Below are positions 5,335 through 15,128 of a stretch of 62,411 nucleotides of DNA, piece by piece (the stretch's first letter is position 1; each line of letters opens with the position of its first letter). This stretch comes from a virus. The notes under the pieces are model-generated. The model was not told the DNA's origin, did not search any database, and worked only from the letters and a program-made list of their open reading frames with translations. Location: the IMG/VR virus record IMGVR_UViG_3300024239_000003, positions 1 through 62,411 of that record; one strand, 5' to 3'. Position numbers and translations under genes: made by a program.

Positions 5335-7669
5335 CGCCGACCACATGCAGGGCCCGGACATCGCCGCCGCGCGCGTCAAGAAAGACGACGCATGGTCGCG
5401 CAACGCCAACGACAACCCGGCGCCGAAAGGGAAGAAGGCGAACCAGCTCGATAGCGAGCGCATGAAGCGCTTCCACTGCGAAATCCTGGGCATCTACGAG
5501 CAGGAGCTGGACCGTCAGGCCGAGAACCGCGCTCAGATGGCGGTGGACGAAGACTTCTACGACAACATCCAGTGGACGCCCGAGGACGCCCAGGTCCTGC
5601 GCGACCGTGGCCAGGAGCCGCTGGTCTACAACGTCATCACCCAGGCGCTGAACTGGGTGATCGGCACCGAGAAGCGCGGGCGCTCCGACTTCCGCGTGCT
5701 ACCGCGCCGCAAGGAGTCCGGCCGGCAGGCCCGCCGCAAGACCCAGTTGCTCAAGTACCTGGGCGACGTGAACCGCACACCGTTCCACCGCTCGCGCGCC
5801 TTCGAGGATTGCGTGAAGGTCGGCGTCGGCTGGCTGGAAGACGGCGTGCAGGACGACGGCGACGAAGAGCCCGTCTACTCGCGCTACGAGTCCTGGCGCA
5901 ACATGCTGTGGGACAGCGCCTCGACCGAGAAGGACCTGAGCGACTGCCGCTATGTGTTCCGCTCCAAGTGGGTGGACCTCGACGTGGCCGAAGCCATGTT
6001 CCCGAAGCGCATCGGCATGCTGCGCACCTCCGCCCGCGACACCGACAGCTACGGCATCGACACCCAGGGCGATGAGGCGATGGACTCGGCCGAGATCGAG
6101 CTGCAAGACTACAGCAGCTCCCGGTCGAACCTGCGCGAGTACCAGCGCAACCGCGTGCGCCTGATCGAGGGCTGGATACGCCGGCCCGTCACCGTCAAGC
6201 AGATGTACGGCGGCGAGTTCAAGGGCGAGGTCTACGACAAGTACAGCCCAGGCCACCGCGCCGCCATCGAGGCCGGCGAGTCCGTGGTCGTGGACAAGAT
6301 CATGATGCGGATGCACGTCTGCATCTTCACCTCGTCGGGCATCCTGTACTACGGCGAGAGCCCATACCGGCACAACCGCTTCCCGTTCACGCCCATCTGG
6401 TGCTACCGGCGCGGCCGCGACGGGCTGCCCTACGGCATGATCCGGGGCATGCGCGACATCCAGTACGACATCAACAAGCGCGCAGCGAAGGCCCTGCACA
6501 TCCTGAGCACCAACAAGGTGATCATGGACGAGGGCGCCGTCGATGACCTCGACGAGTTCAAGGAAGAGGTCGCCCGGCCCGACGCGGTGATCGTCAAGAA
6601 GTCCGGCAAGGAGATCGTGCTGAACGCCGAGCGCGAGCTGGCCGCCGCCCACCTCGAAATGATGGGCCGCTCGATCAACATGATCCAAACGCTGTCGGGC
6701 GTGACCGACGAGCTGCTGGGCCGCACCACGAACGCCACGTCCGGCAAGGCCATCGGTCTCCGCCAGGAACAAGGCAGCATGGCGACCGCCGGCATCTTCG
6801 ACAACCTGCGCTTCGCCACGCAAATCCAGGGCGAGAAGCAGCTTTCCCTCGTCGAGCAGTTCTTCAGCGAGGAAAAGCAGTTCCGCATCACCAACATGCG
6901 CGGCACGCCCGAGTACATCGTCATCAACGACGGCTTGCCGGAGAACGACATCACCCGGACCAAGGCTGACTTCGTGATCAGCGAGTCCGACTGGCGCGCC
7001 ACGATCCGCCAGAACCAAGCCGAGGAGCTGCTGGCGATGCTCGCCCAGCTCGCGCCGGTGGCGCCGCAGCTCGCCCTGGTGATGATCGACCTGATCGTCG
7101 AGGAGATGGACATCGGCAACCGCGAGGAGCTGGTGAAGCGCATCCGCCAAGTCACCGGCATGCGCGACCCGGACGCCGAGGAGCCGACGCCCGAGGAAAT
7201 CCAGCAGGAGCAGGCGAAGCAGGCCCAGGCCGAAATGCAGCAGCGCGCCACCATGGCCGACATCGCCAAGAAGGAGGCGGACGCGCAGAAGGCAGCAGCC
7301 GACGCGCAGAAGTCTACCGCCGACGCCCAGCGGATCGCCGTGCAGGCGCAGCAGATCGCCAGCCAGCTCGCCGGCCAGAACGTGGACACCCAGCGCAAGG
7401 CGCTCGAAACCGCCCTCGCCATGATCAGCGCGCCCCAGGTTGTCCCAATCGCCGATACCGTCCTGCACGAGGCTGGCTTCCAGTCGCGCACCGAGCAGGA
7501 GACAATCGCCCAGCAGCAGGCCGCCGCCGAGCAGCAGGCGATGGTCGAGGCCCAGGCACAGCAGCAGGCCGCCCAAGAGCAAGCAGCCCAGGAGCAGGCC
7601 GCACAGCAGCAACAGGCACAGCAGGAACAGCCGCCGGCTGATCCCGCGCAGCAGCAACCACCCATGTAA
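5327..7669 (+). CDS. Portal protein
   Basis: 780 aa immediately after terL. ATG 5327 overlaps the upstream stop. Size and position are typical of a portal. The C-terminal tail is Q/A-rich. Confidence 0.85.
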   Translation: MFDADHMQGPDIAAARVKKDDAWSRNANDNPAPKGKKANQLDSERMKRFHCEILGIYEQELDRQAENRAQMAVDEDFYDNIQWTPEDAQVLRDRGQEPLVYNVITQALNWVIGTEKRGRSDFRVLPRRKESGRQARRKTQLLKYLGDVNRTPFHRSRAFEDCVKVGVGWLEDGVQDDGDEEPVYSRYESWRNMLWDSASTEKDLSDCRYVFRSKWVDLDVAEAMFPKRIGMLRTSARDTDSYGIDTQGDEAMDSAEIELQDYSSSRSNLREYQRNRVRLIEGWIRRPVTVKQMYGGEFKGEVYDKYSPGHRAAIEAGESVVVDKIMMRMHVCIFTSSGILYYGESPYRHNRFPFTPIWCYRRGRDGLPYGMIRGMRDIQYDINKRAAKALHILSTNKVIMDEGAVDDLDEFKEEVARPDAVIVKKSGKEIVLNAERELAAAHLEMMGRSINMIQTLSGVTDELLGRTTNATSGKAIGLRQEQGSMATAGIFDNLRFATQIQGEKQLSLVEQFFSEEKQFRITNMRGTPEYIVINDGLPENDITRTKADFVISESDWRATIRQNQAEELLAMLAQLAPVAPQLALVMIDLIVEEMDIGNREELVKRIRQVTGMRDPDAEEPTPEEIQQEQAKQAQAEMQQRATMADIAKKEADAQKAAADAQKSTADAQRIAVQAQQIASQLAGQNVDTQRKALETALAMISAPQVVPIADTVLHEAGFQSRTEQETIAQQQAAAEQQAMVEAQAQQQAAQEQAAQEQAAQQQQAQQEQPPADPAQQQPPM

Positions 7670-7687
7670 CCACGAGAGGATCGAGGA

Positions 7688-8566
7688 ATGTCCCCTGAAG
7701 AACTTGCTCTGCTGACCGAAGAAGAACGCGCCGGGCTCGACGAAGAGCATAGCGACGACCTGCCGGCCGACGACGACACCGATACCGACGACGATCAGGA
7801 CGGCGACGGCAAGGACGGCGAGCAGAACCCGGACGATCAGCAGCAGCCCGGCCGCGACGACGGCAACGATGACCAGCCCGGCGACGATGACCAGGGCGAG
7901 GACGACAGCGCACGCCCGTTGCCGCTGCTGAAGGTCGAGACCGTCGAGGACGCCGAGGCGAAGCTGGCCGACATCGACAAGCGCGAGGACGAAATCTCGC
8001 AGAAGTTCGAGGACGGCGACCTGACCACGGCGGAATACCGCGCCGAGCTGCGCAAGCTGGAGAAGGAGCGCGGCACCATCGAGCGCCAGCAACTGGAGGC
8101 CGACTTCGCCGAGAAGCACAATCAGGCGCAGATCGACGCCATGTGGCAGGCGAACGTCCAGACCTTCCTCGAAGGCCACCCGGAGATCGGCAAGAGCGAG
8201 CTGCGCTGGAACGCCTTCGATAGCGTCGTCCGCAAGGTCACGGCCGAGACCATGCAGGCCGGCAAGAACCCCGGCATGGCCGACCTGAAGAAGGCCTACA
8301 AGCAGTGGGCCGAGGACCTGGGCCTGCCGGCCGAGCAGCCCAAGGCGGACGACAAGAGCGGCAAGGAGCCGGCCAGGAAGCAGGAGCGCCAGCAGCGCGA
8401 GATTCCCCCGAGCCTCGCCAAGGTCCCGGCGGCGGACATCAACGACACCGACGATGGCCGGTGGGCGAGCCTCGACCGCCTGATGGATACCGACCCGCTC
8501 GGCTTCGAGAAGGCCTTCGGCAAGCTGTCCGAGGCCGACCAAGAAGCCTACCTCGCAAGCCGCTAG
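7688..8566 (+). CDS. Scaffolding protein
   Basis: Very acidic N-terminus (DDDTDTDDDQDGDGKDGE...) followed by coiled-coil-like sequence. Lies between portal and capsid genes. Confidence 0.75.
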   Translation: MSPEELALLTEEERAGLDEEHSDDLPADDDTDTDDDQDGDGKDGEQNPDDQQQPGRDDGNDDQPGDDDQGEDDSARPLPLLKVETVEDAEAKLADIDKREDEISQKFEDGDLTTAEYRAELRKLEKERGTIERQQLEADFAEKHNQAQIDAMWQANVQTFLEGHPEIGKSELRWNAFDSVVRKVTAETMQAGKNPGMADLKKAYKQWAEDLGLPAEQPKADDKSGKEPARKQERQQREIPPSLAKVPAADINDTDDGRWASLDRLMDTDPLGFEKAFGKLSEADQEAYLASR

Positions 8567-8575
8567 GAGAGAAAC

Positions 8576-8761
8576 GTGGCCCTGAAGATCGACCTGCGCC
8601 CAGGACAGAGCGTCCAGATCGGCGATGTCACCGTGAAGATGGTCAAGAAGTCAGGCCAGATCGCCAGTCTGGTGATCGAGGCGCCCCAGGATGTCCAGAT
8701 CAAGGGGCCACACCTGCGAGATGTTAGCCAGCAGGCACCTATGGCAGCCGCCATGCCATAG
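8576..8761 (+). CDS. CsrA-like small RNA-binding protein (61 aa)
   Basis: MALKIDLRPGQSVQIGDVTVKMVKKSGQIASLVIEAPQDVQIKG aligns by eye with CsrA ([47 protein letters not shown]) and has the same length. The HREEI-equivalent segment differs. Confidence 0.55.
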   Translation: MALKIDLRPGQSVQIGDVTVKMVKKSGQIASLVIEAPQDVQIKGPHLRDVSQQAPMAAAMP

Positions 8762-8763
8762 GT

Positions 8764-8780
8764 GTTTGCGTTTTGCAATC
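8764..8780. promoter_or_regulatory. GTTTGC-N5-GCAAxC operator-like site (GTTTGCGTTTTGCAATC)
   Basis: Its first 15 nt are identical to the site at 47763. It overlaps the -35 of the capsid promoter. Confidence 0.45.
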
Positions 8781-8794
8781 ACTTACCCGATAAT
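8766..8794 (+). promoter_or_regulatory. Candidate sigma70 promoter: TTGCGT, 17 nt, GATAAT, upstream of the major capsid gene
   Basis: -35 at 8766-8771, -10 at 8789-8794, exact 17-nt spacer. A near-motif ATAATCGGAAC follows. Confidence 0.45.
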
Positions 8795-8866
8795 CGGAAC
8801 GGACGGCGCTGCGCAAGACGTGCGGTATCGACGTGCAAGCATCAACCCGCATGAGGGCACAGCGCT

Positions 8867-9967
8867 ATGGCTCAAACAGTTATTCCCTTCGGTGATCCGA
8901 AGGCCATCAAGAAATGGTCCGCCAAGCTGTTCTTGGAAACCGCCAAGAAAAGCTACTGGGACACCCGCTTCGTCGGCGAGTCCGAGAACAGCGTCATCCA
9001 GCGTAAGACCGAGCTGGAGAGCGACGCGGGCGACCGCATCTCCTTCGACCTGTCGGTACAACTCCGGGGCAAGCCGGTGCATGGCGATAACCGCGCCAAG
9101 GGCACCGAGGAGAACCTGAAGTTCTACACCGACGAGGTCATCATCGACCAAATCCGTAAGACCGTCTCCGCCGGCGGCAAGATGACCCGCAAGCGCACCG
9201 CGCACGACCTGCGCCGCGTCGCAAAGGATCGTCTGTCCGACTACTGGTCCATGTACATCGACGAGCTGTACTTCATGTACATGTCCGGTGCGCGCGGCAT
9301 CAACGAGGACTTCATCGAGCCGACCGACTACACCGGCCACGCGGGCAATGCGTTCCTGCCGCCGGATGCGCAGCACCTGCTGTACGGCGGTGATGCGCAG
9401 TCCAAGGCCACCCTGGACGCCACCGACGTGATGACCCGCCTCATGATCGAGCGCGCCGTCGTCAAGGCGAAGATGATGCGCGCCAAGGACCCGAAGACCG
9501 CGAACATGATGCCGGTCACGGTCAACGGCGAGAAGCACTACGTCTGCCTGATGTCGCCGTTCCAAGAGCACGACCTGCGCAACGAGACCGGCGAACGCGG
9601 CTGGCTCGAAGTGCAGAAGGCTGCCGCCGGCGCCGAAGGTCGCAACAACCCGATCTTCAAGGGCTCCATGGGCATGATCAACAACGTCGTGCTGCACAGC
9701 CACGAGTCGGCGATCCGCTTCAACGACTACGGCGCTGGTAGCAACGTCGCCGCAGCCCGCGCCCTGTTCATGGGCCGTCAGGCTGGCGTCGTTGCGTTCG
9801 GCACCGCCGGCGGCCTGCGCTTCACATGGAAGGAAGAGATGGACGACTTCGACAACGAGCCGACCGTCTGCGCTGGCACCATCATCGGCGTGACCAAGAC
9901 CCGCTTCAACGGCCGGGACTTCGGTATCTGCGCCATCGACACCGCTGCCAAAGACCCGAACGCCTAA
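8867..9967 (+). CDS. Major capsid protein
   Basis: 366 aa after the scaffold gene. The N-terminus (IPFGDPKAIKKWSAKLFLETAKKSYWDTRF...) and overall pattern resemble the podovirus/N4-type capsid family as I recall it. Confidence 0.85.
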   Translation: MAQTVIPFGDPKAIKKWSAKLFLETAKKSYWDTRFVGESENSVIQRKTELESDAGDRISFDLSVQLRGKPVHGDNRAKGTEENLKFYTDEVIIDQIRKTVSAGGKMTRKRTAHDLRRVAKDRLSDYWSMYIDELYFMYMSGARGINEDFIEPTDYTGHAGNAFLPPDAQHLLYGGDAQSKATLDATDVMTRLMIERAVVKAKMMRAKDPKTANMMPVTVNGEKHYVCLMSPFQEHDLRNETGERGWLEVQKAAAGAEGRNNPIFKGSMGMINNVVLHSHESAIRFNDYGAGSNVAAARALFMGRQAGVVAFGTAGGLRFTWKEEMDDFDNEPTVCAGTIIGVTKTRFNGRDFGICAIDTAAKDPNA

Positions 9968-9994
9968 GTTCGGGTCAACAGGAGGAGCTGAGTA

Positions 9995-10444
9995 ATGGCA
10001 ATCATCCAATCCGCTTGGGCCAAGGGCAACCGTCAGGCTGTCCGCCCGCAAACCGCCGGCGCCAGTCATACGCAGAAGTTCACCTTCGACTTCAGCAGTA
10101 AGGCCGTCGCCTCCGCCGACATTCTGGAGATCGGCGAACTGCCGCCCTTCTGCCAGATCGGCGCCGCGACCCTGGTGCCCGAAGGCGACTTCACCGGCGT
10201 TACTGTCGATGTGGGCCTGATGTCGGGCGCCTACGGCGACGCCGAGGACACCGCTCGGACCTCGGGCAACGAGCTGTTCGCGGCCCAGGCCGTGCAGTTC
10301 GCCTCCCTGAGCAAGGGCGAGGCTCTGCTGATCAAGTCCGTCGAGGGCTCGCGCGGAATCGGCGTGAAGTTCTCCGGCAACATCGGCGCAGCCGCCGGCA
10401 AGAAGTTGCATCTGGTACTGTTCTACTACCAGACCGGCGAGTGA
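9995..10444 (+). CDS. Virion structural protein (possible capsid decoration)
   Basis: 149 aa, SD GGAGGAG upstream, directly after the capsid gene and followed by a terminator. Confidence 0.7.
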   Translation: MAIIQSAWAKGNRQAVRPQTAGASHTQKFTFDFSSKAVASADILEIGELPPFCQIGAATLVPEGDFTGVTVDVGLMSGAYGDAEDTARTSGNELFAAQAVQFASLSKGEALLIKSVEGSRGIGVKFSGNIGAAAGKKLHLVLFYYQTGE

Positions 10445-10452
10445 TCCGACCA

Positions 10453-10478
10453 AGAGCCGGCTTATGCCGGCTCTTTCC
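10453..10478 (+). terminator. Rho-independent terminator
   Basis: AGAGCCGGC-TTAT-GCCGGCTCT followed by TTTCC. Confidence 0.7.
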
Positions 10479-10494
10479 TACCGAGGGAATCCCC

Positions 10495-11154
10495 ATGAAG
10501 ATCGAGAGCATCATCCGCCGCAAGAACGGCACGCGCGTCGAGCTGGACGATCAGGTCTACCACTTCAAGCCGACGCCGGAGGATGAACGCCACCTTGCCG
10601 ACGTGAGCATCCGCGCGCACATCCAGCGCTTCCTGTCCATTCCCGAGGGCTTCCAGCCCGCCGAGATCGACGAGCCCAACCCGTCGCCAGCGTCTGCGCC
10701 CGTGCAGGAGCAGCCGGCGCCGACAGTGCAGGCTTCTCCGCTGAACACCGATCAGCCGGTGCTCGGCACCCTGGCCGGCGTGCAGAATAAGGACGGCAGC
10801 ATCTCCACCCTGTCGCAGCTCCCGCGCGAGCAACTGCTGGTTCTGGCCCGCGACATGGACATCGAGAACGCCGAGAGCCTGAGCGACGAGGAGCTGGTCA
10901 AGGCCATCGAGGCCGAGCCGGTCGAGCCCGTCGATGGCGCCGACACCGACGACAAGGGCGGCGACGACGGCAAAGGCGACGAGACCAAGGGTGACGCCAG
11001 CACCGCCGGCGGCGACAAGTCTGCCGAGCAGCCTGCACCCCTGGACCGCGATGCCCTGGCCGAGCAGTACAAGGAGCGCTTCAAAAAGGCGCCTCACCAC
11101 AAGCTGACTGCCGAGCGCATCAAGCAAATCCTCGACGAAGACGAGGGTGAGTAA
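10495..11154 (+). CDS. Hypothetical acidic protein with Rho-N/HeH-like motif
   Basis: ATG 10495 after GAGGGAAT. LSQLPREQLLVLARDMDIENAESLSDEELVKAIE resembles the Rho N-terminal/SAP-like helix-extended-helix motif. Confidence 0.7.
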   Translation: MKIESIIRRKNGTRVELDDQVYHFKPTPEDERHLADVSIRAHIQRFLSIPEGFQPAEIDEPNPSPASAPVQEQPAPTVQASPLNTDQPVLGTLAGVQNKDGSISTLSQLPREQLLVLARDMDIENAESLSDEELVKAIEAEPVEPVDGADTDDKGGDDGKGDETKGDASTAGGDKSAEQPAPLDRDALAEQYKERFKKAPHHKLTAERIKQILDEDEGE

Positions 11155-11780
11155 TGCCCATTCCGGTCAGCGAAGTCCTTGAGCGTGCTGGGATCATCCT
11201 GAACGATGATCAGTTCGTTCGTTGGACCAAGGAAGAACTGATCGGATGGATCAACGACGGGGCCGCCGAGATCGTTATCCGGCGCCCGTCTGCGCACGCC
11301 ATCACCGTGACCGTCGAGCTGCAAGCCGGCGTGCTCCAGCGCATCCCGGTGGGCGGCATCCAGCTCCTCGACATCCCTGCAACGGAAGACGGCTACCCGG
11401 TGCGCCGCGTTGATCGCCAGCTCCTCGACGATCAGTACCCAGGCTGGCGCCGCGCGAAGGCCGGTCGGACCAAGCACTACACCTATGACGAGCGCACGGC
11501 GACGACCTTCTACGTTTACCCGGCGGCCGTGGCTGGCGCCAAGGTGGAGATGTTCTACAGCTCGCCGCCTCCCGAGGTAGCAAGCGACACCGACAGCTTG
11601 GACCTCGACCGCGTGTACATGAGCCCGCTGGTCAGCTTCGTGCTGTACCGCGCCCTGGCGAAGGACAGCGAGTACGCCGATGGAGTGCTCGCCGCCGCGC
11701 ATTACGGCGCCTTCGGCGATGCCCTTGGACAGCAGAACGAGACCGCCGCAGCGGCCTCTCCGAACGTGGGTAGCGTATGA
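11154..11780 (+). CDS. Virion structural protein (head completion/adaptor, by position)
   Basis: 208 aa, start coupled to the upstream stop, within the morphogenesis block. Confidence 0.75.
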   Translation: MPIPVSEVLERAGIILNDDQFVRWTKEELIGWINDGAAEIVIRRPSAHAITVTVELQAGVLQRIPVGGIQLLDIPATEDGYPVRRVDRQLLDDQYPGWRRAKAGRTKHYTYDERTATTFYVYPAAVAGAKVEMFYSSPPPEVASDTDSLDLDRVYMSPLVSFVLYRALAKDSEYADGVLAAAHYGAFGDALGQQNETAAAASPNVGSV

Positions 11781-12394
11781 CCGACCTCGACGTGTTTCTC
11801 CCGAGCATCATGCCCTACGCGCCCGGCTGCCCGGAGCCAACCGCGTTCGCGGCCATCATCAACGCGGCGCAACAGTTCTGCGAGCGCACGCGCCTGTGGC
11901 GTGACGCGGATTGCTTCGAGGTGACTGGCGACGACTGCAACGTCGTGTGCGTGCCAGAAGGCGCCGAGCTGCTGGAGATCGAGTCCGCGACCTTCAACGA
12001 CCAGCCGATCGACCCTATCGCCTACGCTGATCTTCAGCGCGACTATCCGACGTGGCGCACCCATGACGGCGACCCGCGCTTCGTCTCCCAGGCATCCATG
12101 GACAGCATCGTCCTGGCGCCGCGAGGCCATGGCGGCAAGCTCCATCTGAGCCTGTACCTGAAGCCGACGAACGAGGCCGAGCAGCTCCCCGACTTCCTGT
12201 CGAAGCATTACCTGCGCGTGATCGCTGACGGCGCGCTGGGCGAAATCCTGATGCTGCCGCTACAATCGTTCAGCGATCCCGAGCGAGCCCAGTTCTACGC
12301 GCTGCGCTTCAGCCAGAGGCTCGACTCCCTGTCCACCCGCAACATTAAAGGCCAGCAGCGGGCGCCCGCCCGGACGCGGCCGAGTTTCTTCTAA
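11777..12394 (+). CDS. Virion structural protein
   Basis: 205 aa, start overlaps the upstream stop (ATGA), normal composition. Confidence 0.75.
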   Translation: MTDLDVFLPSIMPYAPGCPEPTAFAAIINAAQQFCERTRLWRDADCFEVTGDDCNVVCVPEGAELLEIESATFNDQPIDPIAYADLQRDYPTWRTHDGDPRFVSQASMDSIVLAPRGHGGKLHLSLYLKPTNEAEQLPDFLSKHYLRVIADGALGEILMLPLQSFSDPERAQFYALRFSQRLDSLSTRNIKGQQRAPARTRPSFF

Positions 12395-12403
12395 GGAGGC
12401 CAC

Positions 12404-12826
12404 ATGTCCGCTGCATCCGACTACCTCGAAAACAAGCTCTACGACAACCTGCTGCGCGGCGTGAACTTTCCGCCACCGGCCGCGATCTATGTCGCCCTGC
12501 ACACCGCCAGCCCCGGTGACACCGGCGCGAACGAGGTCACGCTTGCGGCGTTCCCAGCCTACAAGCGCCAGGACGCGGCCAAGGGTAGCGGCAACGTCGC
12601 GGACGGCTGGACCCCGCCGGCCGGCGGCTCCGGCAAGAACGCGCTGCAACTGATCTTCCCAGTGTTCGACGGCGCGGCGCCGATTACCGTCACCCACTAC
12701 ACCCTGTGGGATGCGCTGACCGGCGGCAACTGCCTGGTCTCGGGCCAGCTCGCATCCAGCCGGACGCTCAACGCCGGCGACGTGTTCGTCGTGGACGTGC
12801 AGAAGCTGACTGTCTCGGTGCTGTAA
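12404..12826 (+). CDS. Virion structural protein
   Basis: 140 aa, SD AAGGAGG upstream. Confidence 0.75.
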   Translation: MSAASDYLENKLYDNLLRGVNFPPPAAIYVALHTASPGDTGANEVTLAAFPAYKRQDAAKGSGNVADGWTPPAGGSGKNALQLIFPVFDGAAPITVTHYTLWDALTGGNCLVSGQLASSRTLNAGDVFVVDVQKLTVSVL

Positions 12827-12827
12827 C

Positions 12828-13676
12828 GTGAACCTGTTCCCCGTCAATGCAGCCGAGGTCAACGGCTCCAACGAGGTTTGGAGTTGGTACGGCTCGTCTG
12901 AATTGGCGGTTCAGGCGGGGGGCGAGATGCTTATCGGCGTCCCCCTGTCTGGCTCCGCGAGCATCGAGGTCAACAGCTCCGTAGAGGCGCGCGCGATCTT
13001 TTATCCGAGCTTTCCCGAAGCCGGCATCGCGCTCACCTCTACTGGCGAGGCGCTGTATGGCCGAACCGGCTCCGGCACCTCCATCATCGAGATCAGCAGC
13101 ACGGCGGACGGAACCCGCTGGGTGCTGGGTGAAAGTACGTCGGACATCGTCTTCGAGGCCGAAGGCGAAGCCCAGGTTGTCGCGCCGGCGGCTGCCTCGT
13201 TCGACATCATCATCAGCTCGACCATCGAGGAGCGCGTTACCCCGGCCATCATGGGCGCTGGACAGTCTCTGATCGAGCTGCGCACCGACCTTGCTGGCGC
13301 CGTTGGCAGGGCTGTCCGCCTGGAGGCCAGCTCGCAGATCGTGCTCGCCAGCAGGGCGATCCCGCGCCTCGTGATCGACTCTCCTCCGGGCAGCTCCGAC
13401 ATCCTGCTGAATGCGCTGGGTGATGCACGCTTCGGGCGGAAAGTGTACCTTGAGCCAAGCGAGGCCGTGATCGAGCTGTTCTCGCGTGGCGAAAGCGGGC
13501 GGCAGCGGTACATCTACGGCGAGGGCGGGTCTGTGATCGCCATTCTCGCCGGAATGCTCCAGGCCGGCATCCCGCCGATCCCGGCAATCTACGTCCCGGC
13601 GCCGAGGTCTCGCACCATCATCGTTCAACGCGATCCGCGCGACATGATCGTCGCGCGAGAGAACAGGAGTATCTGA
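12828..13676 (+). CDS. Virion structural protein
   Basis: 282 aa, GTG start right after the upstream stop, within the tail-gene block. Confidence 0.7.
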   Translation: MNLFPVNAAEVNGSNEVWSWYGSSELAVQAGGEMLIGVPLSGSASIEVNSSVEARAIFYPSFPEAGIALTSTGEALYGRTGSGTSIIEISSTADGTRWVLGESTSDIVFEAEGEAQVVAPAAASFDIIISSTIEERVTPAIMGAGQSLIELRTDLAGAVGRAVRLEASSQIVLASRAIPRLVIDSPPGSSDILLNALGDARFGRKVYLEPSEAVIELFSRGESGRQRYIYGEGGSVIAILAGMLQAGIPPIPAIYVPAPRSRTIIVQRDPRDMIVARENRSI

Positions 13677-13972
13677 TGCTCGCAGTCAACAAGCGCGCAG
13701 ATGATCGGCTCGACTACGACGTGAAGTTCGAGAAGTGGGTCTCGGACGACGACACGATTACCGGTGCCGAGGCTCAGGCCAGCATCAAGAGCACCGATCC
13801 CGATGCAGTGACCGACCTGACCATCGACTCGGTGCAGGTCTTCGGCCTGACCGTGAAGCTGTGGCTCTCCGGCGGAACCTCTGGCGCGACTTATGCCGTG
13901 CTCGTCACCGCCTCCACCGGACAGGGCCGCGTGAAAGAAGAAAAGTTCGTTATTCGCATAAAGGATTGCTGA
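13676..13972 (+). CDS. Small virion protein
   Basis: 98 aa, ATG overlaps the upstream TGA, beta-rich composition. Confidence 0.7.
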   Translation: MLAVNKRADDRLDYDVKFEKWVSDDDTITGAEAQASIKSTDPDAVTDLTIDSVQVFGLTVKLWLSGGTSGATYAVLVTASTGQGRVKEEKFVIRIKDC

Positions 13973-13973
13973 T

Positions 13974-15128
13974 ATGTCCGTCTTGATCAAAAACAATGCG
14001 TCGAGCCGGCTTGCGTCATCGCTGGCGGTTGGCGGAACCTCTTTCGCAGTGTCGGCCGGCGAAGGCGCGAAGTTTCCCGTGTGCGCTCCGCCCGATTGGT
14101 TCCCGGTCACTGTCATCAATTCCGCCGGCGAGATGGAGATCATGCGCTGCACTTCGCGCAGTGGCGACGTGCTTACCGTTGTGCGCGCAAGCGAAGGGAC
14201 GGCAGCGCGGGCATTCAGTCCTGGCGACCGTGTCGAGCTGCGTATCACGCAAGCAGTAATGGCTGAATTTTTGCAGAACGCTGATTCACGCCTTGGATCG
14301 GCCGCCTGGGTCAATGCGCAGGCGTCCGTTGGCGACACGACTGCTGGAAGCCTTATGCGTCTCGGAGCCTTTGGCTGGGGCACCGAAACTCTGGAGACTG
14401 CAAGCTCGATACATTCCTATCGGACATCCGCTAGGCTATTCACTCCCGAGACGACAGACGTAGCTGCAACTGGCCTTCAATATGGAACGATGGTCACTTT
14501 TGCATTTGAGGTGCCATCTTTCAGGGCGGCGCAACTGTTCTTCTCGCAAATACCTTCCAATAAGATCATGTTTCGAGTTGGCGATTTCCGCTCCGCGCCT
14601 ATTCTCGAACTTTGGCATACCGGAAACTTCAACCCTGCCGTCAAGGTGACTGGAGACTATTCGACGGTAATGGGCCTGTACGGCAATAACCTGAGCGTGC
14701 CCTACATGCGTCGGGACTCCGATGGTGCGATCTGCTGGTTGCAGCCGGCGCTCAACTTCACCCCGGTCCAGCAGGGCGGAGGCGCCTACCAGACCAATGA
14801 CAAGGTTTACCTTGGGTACAACGGATCAACCGCAGTCCGTGTTCAGGTGGGCGGCAGCTTCGATATGGGTGACATCCTGACCGACTCGAATAGTAAGGAG
14901 AAAATCCGTCAGCGATTGGTAGACTTCAATACTGGCGAGATTGGAACTTATGCGTTCTTGAGGAACAACACGGGCGGGAATGTTAACCCTGGCGGCACTT
15001 ACTCTGGAGCAAATCTTATCTACGGCTCCAGCTACCCTGGAGATGGTGGTTTATCGCCGGGCGGGGTGTGGCGCTGCATGGGTGCTGCTTCGGTCAACCA
15101 AGTGACACTTTTCTTGAGGATTAGTTGA
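13974..15128 (+). CDS. Tail fibre A
   Basis: The first ~95 aa (MSVLIKNNASSRLASSLAVGG...GDRVELRITQAVMAEF) are paralogous to the N-terminus of 15723..16706. The C-terminal part is visibly lower in GC. Confidence 0.85.
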   Translation: MSVLIKNNASSRLASSLAVGGTSFAVSAGEGAKFPVCAPPDWFPVTVINSAGEMEIMRCTSRSGDVLTVVRASEGTAARAFSPGDRVELRITQAVMAEFLQNADSRLGSAAWVNAQASVGDTTAGSLMRLGAFGWGTETLETASSIHSYRTSARLFTPETTDVAATGLQYGTMVTFAFEVPSFRAAQLFFSQIPSNKIMFRVGDFRSAPILELWHTGNFNPAVKVTGDYSTVMGLYGNNLSVPYMRRDSDGAICWLQPALNFTPVQQGGGAYQTNDKVYLGYNGSTAVRVQVGGSFDMGDILTDSNSKEKIRQRLVDFNTGEIGTYAFLRNNTGGNVNPGGTYSGANLIYGSSYPGDGGLSPGGVWRCMGAASVNQVTLFLRIS

